From a bacterium (GTDB lineage Bacteria > Ratteibacteria > UBA8468 > B48-G9 > JAFGKM01): DNA of 41,704 bases. A program made the translations under genes and the position numbers. The stretch is taken from positions 1 through 41,704 of the forward strand of contig JAKPNC010000143.1 in the NCBI GenBank assembly GCA_029548585.1, in the 5' to 3' direction. Below, in pieces: positions 35,446 through 41,704 of this stretch (the first letter of the stretch is position 1; every line of letters begins with the position of its first letter). Below the pieces are notes generated by a model that was not told the DNA's origin, searched no databases, and worked only from the letters and a program-made list of their open reading frames with translations.

Positions 35446-37044
35446 ATGGAAAAGTTCAGCGTCAACGGGTGCATGGGAGAGGGCGCTTACGGTTCTCCGG
35501 ATTTTCCGGAGCCGTCCCATCTTGTCAGTCACATGGATTATCTCGGCGTGGACCGCTGCCTGGTATGGTACAGGCAGGCGCTGGATTTCAACCCTGTTTA
35601 CGGCAACAGGAAACTTCTTAATATAATCTCATCAAAAGATGAATATTCAAAGAGACTTATCCCAGCCTTCGTTATCACTCCTTCCAATTTCTATGAATAC
35701 GGCGCTATTTCATTTTTGATGAAATCCTTTGAAAAAGGAGTATTGCGCGCGCTCAGGATATTTCCCTGTACCTCGAGGTTTGAAATGAGGACCCTGGAAA
35801 GGATTCTTGCGGCAGTAAGCGATTACGGTCCTGTTGTTTTGTGGAGTACCAGGGATACAAACGGTCCGGCTGATTACCAGGGGTTCATCGAACTGGCAGT
35901 AAAATTCCCAGGGATTAAATTCATCCTTACCGAAGCCATGTGGGGCAACTTTAACAGTTGCGTGGATGCAATGTGGCGCGCGGAGAACATTTCCATAGAG
36001 ACTTCATGGCTTCACATGAGGGATACGATAGAATTGCTGAGGGATGAGTTCGGGCTTGAAAGGGTGCTTTTCGGCATGGGATTCAAGTCTCATTACGGGG
36101 CTTCCATCTCTGCCATTGAACATGCAAATATAACGGAAAGCGAGAGGAGCCTCATATACCACGGGAATATAGAGAAGATGCTGGGCCTGGAGCCCGTTGA
36201 GGAAAAGCTTTCCAAAGAGCCTCCCATTCTTGCAGAAAAACCCCTGTGGAAGGATTTAAGCAGGGGCCTGCCGCTCAAAGATATCGAGGTTATAGATGCC
36301 CATGCCCACACGGGGCCGACAACCAGGGGTTGGATACGGAGAGACATTGATATGAAGGAGAATGTGTCCAACATGGTTAAGAAGATGGATGAATGCGGGG
36401 TTTCCATGTCAATCGTGGCTCCGGAAATCAGCCTCTTTTCAGAGCCTGTGTCGGCCAATTCCGAGATAGAGGAAATAATGTTCAAACATCCCGGACGCTT
36501 CAGGGGATACCTTGTTTTCAACCCTCTTTATAAAGACAGGCTTATTCCTCTTCTGGACGATTATTTTCAAAGAGGCTTCTTTATAGGATTCAAGATACTT
36601 GCGGCTTACTGGAAAATCCCCATGGATGACAAGAGATACATCCCTGTCTGGGAATATGCGGACAAAAAGAAGATACCCATACTGATTCATACATGGGGAG
36701 GCGGCGATATTCGAATTATTGAAAACATATCTTCATTTTACAAAAGGGCGGTCTTTCTTCTCGGTCATTCCGGAGGCGGAGGAGGAAGGAAAGAAGCGGT
36801 TGAACTGGCGGTTAAGAACGAAAACGTCTTTCTTGAATTCTGCGGGAGTTTTACAACCCAGGACGATTGGCTCGATGCCATCAGAATGGCGGGAATAGGA
36901 AAGGTGGTATTCGGAAGCGACGCGGAAGGACACGACCTGGCGTGGGAACTTGGAAGGTTTCTTTCCATCCCCCTGCCTGACAGGGAACTTGCGCCCGCGC
37001 TTGCGGATAATTTCAAAAAAATAATGAAGGGAATAAAAATATAG
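35446..37044 (+). CDS. Tandem amidohydrolase-2 (metal-dependent TIM-barrel hydrolase) protein
   Basis: 532 aa in two similar halves. The second half has the metal-ligand pattern VIDAHAHTG ... LIHTWG ... LLGHSG ... FGSDAEGHD. The first half lacks the HxH motif. Confidence 0.55.
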   Translation: MEKFSVNGCMGEGAYGSPDFPEPSHLVSHMDYLGVDRCLVWYRQALDFNPVYGNRKLLNIISSKDEYSKRLIPAFVITPSNFYEYGAISFLMKSFEKGVLRALRIFPCTSRFEMRTLERILAAVSDYGPVVLWSTRDTNGPADYQGFIELAVKFPGIKFILTEAMWGNFNSCVDAMWRAENISIETSWLHMRDTIELLRDEFGLERVLFGMGFKSHYGASISAIEHANITESERSLIYHGNIEKMLGLEPVEEKLSKEPPILAEKPLWKDLSRGLPLKDIEVIDAHAHTGPTTRGWIRRDIDMKENVSNMVKKMDECGVSMSIVAPEISLFSEPVSANSEIEEIMFKHPGRFRGYLVFNPLYKDRLIPLLDDYFQRGFFIGFKILAAYWKIPMDDKRYIPVWEYADKKKIPILIHTWGGGDIRIIENISSFYKRAVFLLGHSGGGGGRKEAVELAVKNENVFLEFCGSFTTQDDWLDAIRMAGIGKVVFGSDAEGHDLAWELGRFLSIPLPDRELAPALADNFKKIMKGIKI

Positions 37045-37072
37045 TCTTTACAGGGAGACTGGAGAAAAAGAT

Positions 37073-39685
37073 ATGAAAGTCAAAATAAAAATTTTATGGG
37101 AAAAAGCTCCTGGCAAAGGGGTTGTGGAAGTTATACGCGGGAAACTTGATTTTCTTATTATTGCCGGAGGCAAAGGTTCGTGCAGGCAAGGTTCCTTTAA
37201 TTTTGAATCCGGGACGGGAATCCTGGAAGCGGTTATATCGGAAGCAAATATTGAAGCAGGGGCTTTTCCCACTATAGTGAGGGTAAGGACAAAAACCGAT
37301 TCTTTTTCATTCTTCCTCAGGGATGCCCTGGATTCTGAAAATCCTGTCTGGATACCGGAATACGGCGTTGCCCTTCTTCCGCAGGCAGACAATCGTTCCT
37401 ACCAGGAGGTCTCACGGGACATCGAAAACAGGAAAATCATGTCGGATTATTCAAGGTTTGAGAATGAGCCTGAAGAAACTTTTGAAAAGGCCGCTTCAGG
37501 GAACAGGCAGCAGTATGCGCCCACCTGGCTGGGAATATCGAGGGACATGAGGATATTTCGTTTCGGTTACCAGGAAAAAGTTGGGTTATTCGGGAAAGTA
37601 TCTTCCTGCTATCTTGCCCATAAAACCAAACTGTGGCCCCAGGACCTCCTTTTTGCGATCGGGCAGGGGGCTTCCTGCCGATACGATATAACCAGGCGTC
37701 TTGATGAAGGATGTCTTCCCATACTTAAAGCCGTGCAGAAGGAAAAATTCATGCAATACCACGTAACCGCTTTTGCTTCCCTTGAAAAGGGCATTCTAAA
37801 GAAAGACAGGGTAAGTGGAACGGACTGGCTCGCTTCCTATGCCAATTCCGGAGGGCAGATGCTCGGAGAAGCCGGCAGGGAAAAAATAAAGGAGTTTCTT
37901 GAGAAGGAGATGTACGGGAGGGAAGAAGAGGTTGTCTTGTGTTGCAGGGTGGATGCAGTCAATACAGGAAAAACACCATGTTATGCATGGTTTAAGAACC
38001 CATATTTCCGGATAGAAAAAGATATAGAGGGAATTTCTTTTGACGCTGAGAGCGGGTTCACTTTCTTTGAAAACAAAATACTCTCTCTGACACTTTTTAA
38101 CGGCAAACCACTGCCCCAGCAAGAAATGGCGATTCTTTTGCCTCCCGGAGAAAAGGCGGTTTTTGACATGTTTATACCTCATTCGCCTTTGCCCAAAAAA
38201 AGGGGAGGCAACTTATCGAAACTTGATTTTGACGCCCATTTAAAGGGAGCCCGCGATTACTGGAAAGGGAAACTTGAAAGCTCGGCGTCTTTCAGCATCC
38301 CCGAGAAAAAGATAGATGAGGCGGTAAAAGCGGGGCTTCTTCACTGCGACATCGTTGCCCTCGGAAAAGAGCCGGATGAACCGGTTGCGCCCCATATCGG
38401 ATGGTACAGTCCCATAGGCACCGAGAGCGCTCCCATCATCCAGTATTTTGATTCCGTTGGATGGCACAAGCTCGCGGAGCGTTCAATCCAGTTCTTTTTT
38501 GAAAGGCAGCAGGAAAGCGGTTTCATGCAGAACTTCGGACGTTACGAAAGCGAAACCGGTCCCGTGCTATGGACCATAGGGGAGCACTTCAGGCACACGG
38601 GCGACGAGAAGTGGCTTAAAAGGTCGTTCCCGAAGATAAAAAAGGCGGTTGACTACATACTGAAGTGGAGGGAAAAAAACAAGAAGGAGGAATACAGGAA
38701 GAAAGGCTTTTACGGCATGGTTGACGGCAAGGTTGCCGATCCCAATGATTATTATCACTCCTTTTTCCTTAATGCCGGCAGTTACATCGGGCTGAAAAGG
38801 ATAGCGGAGATAACTGAAAAGATTGAGCCTGCATACTCTTCCCTGTTGAAGGCCGAAGTTGAAAAATATCTTCAGGATATCAGGAGCGGTTTCTACTATG
38901 CCATGTCAAACGCGCCCGTTGTGCCCGTGGGAGACGGTTCATGGGCTCCTTTTACGCCTCCATGGGTGGAACAGAACGGCAACATCATACTTTATGCAGA
39001 CGGAGGCAACTGGTTTTCTCACGGCGCCTTTGCTGTCAGGGGAGTGACTACCGGGCCCCTGTGGCTTATAATAAGCGAGGTTCTTTCTCCCGAAGAGATC
39101 GGTTCCCGTTTTATCCTCAAGGTTAACCAGTTTCCCGTAACCCTCGAAAATGCGGCATTAAGCCAGCCTTATTACTCGAGGCACGATTTTGCCCACATCA
39201 AAAGGGGCGAAGTCAAAGCATTTCTCAAATGCTATTACAACCAGATGACCGCCCTCATGGACAGGGAGACATACACCTTCTGGGAACATTATTTCGAGGC
39301 AGGACAGCACAAGACGCATGAAGAAGCCTGGTTTCTCATGCAGACGAGATGGATGCTTTATCTTGAAGATGGAAACAGCCTTAACCTTTTTTCCGCCATA
39401 CCCGGAAGATGGCTTGAGAATGGAAAAGAGATAAAAGTTCAAAATGCTTCAAGTTACTTTGGCAGAATATCTTTTGGAGCCCTTTCGGAACTTGAAGAGA
39501 AAAGCGCAATAACGGCTTATTTTGAATGCAGGGGCAGGAAGAAACCCGAAAAAGTCGTGATAAGAATTCCTCATCCTGAAGGCAGAAAACCGGTAAAGGT
39601 GGAAGGCGGTTTATACCGTGAGGAGACAGAAACTGTTGAAGTGAAAAATTTCAAAGGCAGGTGTTGCGTGAAACTTTTCTACTGA
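37073..39685 (+). CDS. Large cytoplasmic protein with (alpha/alpha)6-barrel glycosidase-like region
   Basis: 870 aa with no signal peptide. The region WHKLAERSIQFFFERQQESGFMQNFGRYESETGPVLWTIGEHFRHTGDEKWLKRSFPKIKKAVDYI resembles six-hairpin glycoside hydrolases. The family was not identified. Confidence 0.4.
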   Translation: MKVKIKILWEKAPGKGVVEVIRGKLDFLIIAGGKGSCRQGSFNFESGTGILEAVISEANIEAGAFPTIVRVRTKTDSFSFFLRDALDSENPVWIPEYGVALLPQADNRSYQEVSRDIENRKIMSDYSRFENEPEETFEKAASGNRQQYAPTWLGISRDMRIFRFGYQEKVGLFGKVSSCYLAHKTKLWPQDLLFAIGQGASCRYDITRRLDEGCLPILKAVQKEKFMQYHVTAFASLEKGILKKDRVSGTDWLASYANSGGQMLGEAGREKIKEFLEKEMYGREEEVVLCCRVDAVNTGKTPCYAWFKNPYFRIEKDIEGISFDAESGFTFFENKILSLTLFNGKPLPQQEMAILLPPGEKAVFDMFIPHSPLPKKRGGNLSKLDFDAHLKGARDYWKGKLESSASFSIPEKKIDEAVKAGLLHCDIVALGKEPDEPVAPHIGWYSPIGTESAPIIQYFDSVGWHKLAERSIQFFFERQQESGFMQNFGRYESETGPVLWTIGEHFRHTGDEKWLKRSFPKIKKAVDYILKWREKNKKEEYRKKGFYGMVDGKVADPNDYYHSFFLNAGSYIGLKRIAEITEKIEPAYSSLLKAEVEKYLQDIRSGFYYAMSNAPVVPVGDGSWAPFTPPWVEQNGNIILYADGGNWFSHGAFAVRGVTTGPLWLIISEVLSPEEIGSRFILKVNQFPVTLENAALSQPYYSRHDFAHIKRGEVKAFLKCYYNQMTALMDRETYTFWEHYFEAGQHKTHEEAWFLMQTRWMLYLEDGNSLNLFSAIPGRWLENGKEIKVQNASSYFGRISFGALSELEEKSAITAYFECRGRKKPEKVVIRIPHPEGRKPVKVEGGLYREETETVEVKNFKGRCCVKLFY

Positions 39686-39698
39686 CAGGAGAGAAGAG

Positions 39699-41704
39699 AT
39701 GAAAATATTAAGATACATTATGATTTTGTTAATGACGATTGCTTTCAGCGTATCGGCAGAGAGTCCCGGCTACCAGGAATGGCGGAAGAGAAGGGAATCC
39801 CTCATCAATGATAAAAATGTTGAAAGGTATTACACCTTTGAAGATGTTGAAGGCAGTAAAAGCATCGTCAGGGATTTGAGCGGCAAAGGGGGCGACCTTA
39901 AATTCGTTCCATATACGGACAGGCAGACGAAAGAAGTTTTTGACGATTTGAAAATAATAGAAGGAAGATGGCCTGAAAAGAAGGCGGTAAGGCTTGACCG
40001 CGGTTTTTACCAGGGGCCTACTTACAACATTGAAAACAAGCAGTTTACCGTCGAAGCATGGTTCCGCAGGCAGGGACCCGGGAGCATCCTGGCCGCGAGC
40101 AGGAACAGGGACGGACACATAATGTCGGTTTCGGGATACAGGGAGGGCTGGCGCATCTATACGTCATACGACCCCGTTTCGGGTATCGTTCTTGGCATAG
40201 GCAAACAGGGAGGCTGCAACATAAGAACGGAAGCCGCAATGCCTGACAACGCGTGGCACCATATTTCTTTCACATGGGACGGAAGGATTATAAATCTTTA
40301 CCTGAACGGCAAACTTATATCTTCCAACGTGTTTGAAGAAGAATATATACCCGTGAAACATGCCAACTTTTTCAAGATAGGATTTTCGGAGCTTGGGGTT
40401 GGTTCCATTGTAATGGATATAGACGAGGTTGTCATATATAACAGGGTATTGAGCGGAAAAGAGATAGAGAAACTCAGCCGGGGCCCTTTGAACGAGTCTG
40501 AAAAAGACATTTTTGCCGCTGCCGACGCTTTCATCAAAGACGGCAATTACGGGGCAGCCCGCGCCCAATATGAGAAGCTTAAAAGCCTGCCCGTATACGG
40601 TCTGCCGCTGGCGCTTTTCAACACTGCCGAAAGTTACCGGCTGGAAAAGGATTATGAAGGCGCTCACAGGATATACGGTCAGATAATGAAGATGGAGAAT
40701 CTTACCGCCTATTACCGTATATATGGGCTATTCAGGCAGGCTGAGTTATGCCTTGAGCAGAAAAATCATGAAGGCGCGCGCCGTCTTTACAATCAGGTGA
40801 TAAAAACTGAAGGCGCGCTCAAACACCATATTTTCAATGCCCGCCTTTTCACCGCAGATACATATAAGGCCGGGCTCATCTACAGCAGGGCAAGACCTTT
40901 ATACGAGGAACTTCTGAGGGAAGAAGAATCAGCTTCCTTTCCCAACGACGGGTACCGTCTTGATGTGCGCGACAGGCTGGAAGCCATAGAAGGCCTTGCC
41001 GACGGAACCGTCATTAAAAGCTCAAGTCAGAAAAGGCTTGAGCGGGTGAACGGTCCGGGATATGCCGTTTATGTTTCAACCCTGGGCAGCGATTCCGATC
41101 CAGGCACGAAAGAAAAACCTTTTGCAACATTCAAAAGGGCGCAGGAAGAGGTAAGGAGAGTAAAGTCGAAAGGTATGCCTGAAGGCGGAATAGTTGTATA
41201 TCTGAGGGGCGGAAACTATTTTCTAACTGACGGGATTGTTTTCGGAAAAGATGATTCCGGAACGGAAAAAGGCCCGGTTGTCTACCGGAATTATCCGGGT
41301 GAAGAGGCAAGGCTTATAGGTGGAAGACAGGTAAGCAATTTCAAACTGCTTGATGACCCCGGCATCCTGAAAAGATTGGCCGGAGAAGCAAAAGGGAAAG
41401 TTTGGGTTGCCGACCTGAAAGAAGCCGGCATAACCGAATACGGCCGGCTTTTGCCCCGGGGACGGCATGTCAGGAAGTCGCGTCCCGGCGCTCTTGAGCT
41501 CATATGCGACGGGAAAATCATGAGGCTTGCGAGATGGCCCAACGAAGGATGGGAAAGGGTGGCCGGATTGACCGTTGTTGAAGGGGTCTCAAGAAAGACC
41601 GAGTACCAGAGAGGCAAATTTGTTTACTCTGGCGACAGGCCTGAGAGATGGAAGGAAGAGAAAGATATGTGGGTGAAGGGTTATCTCGGGGTGAATCAGC
41701 CTTA
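39699..41704 (+). CDS. Exported LamG - TPR - right-handed beta-helix protein (3' end outside the window)
   Basis: This ORF is absent from the supplied track because no stop occurs before the window edge. I translated it by hand and found it open for 668 codons. It has a signal peptide (MKILRYIMILLMTIAFSVSA), a LamG-like core (WHHISFTWDGRIINLYLNGKL...IDEVVIYNRVLS) and TPR-like helices. A beta-helix N-cap motif follows (YVSTLGSDSDPGTKEKPFATFKRAQ...VYLRGGNYFL). Confidence 0.65.
   Translation, partial: MKILRYIMILLMTIAFSVSAESPGYQEWRKRRESLINDKNVERYYTFEDVEGSKSIVRDLSGKGGDLKFVPYTDRQTKEVFDDLKIIEGRWPEKKAVRLDRGFYQGPTYNIENKQFTVEAWFRRQGPGSILAASRNRDGHIMSVSGYREGWRIYTSYDPVSGIVLGIGKQGGCNIRTEAAMPDNAWHHISFTWDGRIINLYLNGKLISSNVFEEEYIPVKHANFFKIGFSELGVGSIVMDIDEVVIYNRVLSGKEIEKLSRGPLNESEKDIFAAADAFIKDGNYGAARAQYEKLKSLPVYGLPLALFNTAESYRLEKDYEGAHRIYGQIMKMENLTAYYRIYGLFRQAELCLEQKNHEGARRLYNQVIKTEGALKHHIFNARLFTADTYKAGLIYSRARPLYEELLREEESASFPNDGYRLDVRDRLEAIEGLADGTVIKSSSQKRLERVNGPGYAVYVSTLGSDSDPGTKEKPFATFKRAQEEVRRVKSKGMPEGGIVVYLRGGNYFLTDGIVFGKDDSGTEKGPVVYRNYPGEEARLIGGRQVSNFKLLDDPGILKRLAGEAKGKVWVADLKEAGITEYGRLLPRGRHVRKSRPGALELICDGKIMRLARWPNEGWERVAGLTVVEGVSRKTEYQRGKFVYSGDRPERWKEEKDMWVKGYLGVNQP

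Overview
This 41.7-kb window is a bacterial chromosomal segment with about 40 protein genes and 2 tRNAs. I saw no rRNA, CRISPR array, transposase, integrase or toxin-antitoxin pair. All calls rest on reading the supplied translations and the DNA by eye. No homology search, HMM or RNA covariance model was run.

The organism is diderm, since LptD, TolQRAB-Pal and MacB-type permease genes are present. It uses AGG, AGA and ATA codons heavily and has anaerobe-style Fe-S enzymes. Its gene content looks like the PVC superphylum or Omnitrophota (many Gfo/Idh/MocA, TIM-barrel isomerase, LamG and beta-helix proteins). That taxonomic placement is inference only.

- **1-19 kb:** mostly core genes: eno-ftsB, serS, lptD-rph-rdgB-tRNA-Met, two-subunit class I fumarate hydratase, pilT and ridA. 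A small sugar-enzyme module lies among them.
- **19-24 kb:** a DegT aminotransferase / Zn-ADH / YjbQ unit, then two tandem QueG/RdhA-like Fe-S paralogues with a non-canonical Cys motif.
- **24-29 kb:** tolQ-tolR-tolA-like-tolB-pal. A coiled-coil LysM lipoprotein sits where proteobacteria carry cpoB.
- **30.2-41.7 kb:** the most unusual part. tRNA-Glu has a perfect consensus promoter, about 350 nt of unexplained non-coding DNA follows, and then comes a more AT-rich, tightly packed eight-gene operon.

That operon combines exported carbohydrate-binding, LamG and beta-helix proteins with a NapH-type membrane polyferredoxin. It also encodes a single-subunit HGD-D (double-cubane-type) Fe-S enzyme with its ATPase activator, a tandem amidohydrolase and a large alpha/alpha-barrel glycosidase-like protein. 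I consider it the best candidate for an undescribed system.

Several first-in-operon genes (tolQ, the flavodoxin-like gene, the HAD gene and possibly the CvpA-family gene) lack a Shine-Dalgarno (SD) sequence. Each sits 4-7 nt after a -10 element, which suggests leaderless mRNAs.
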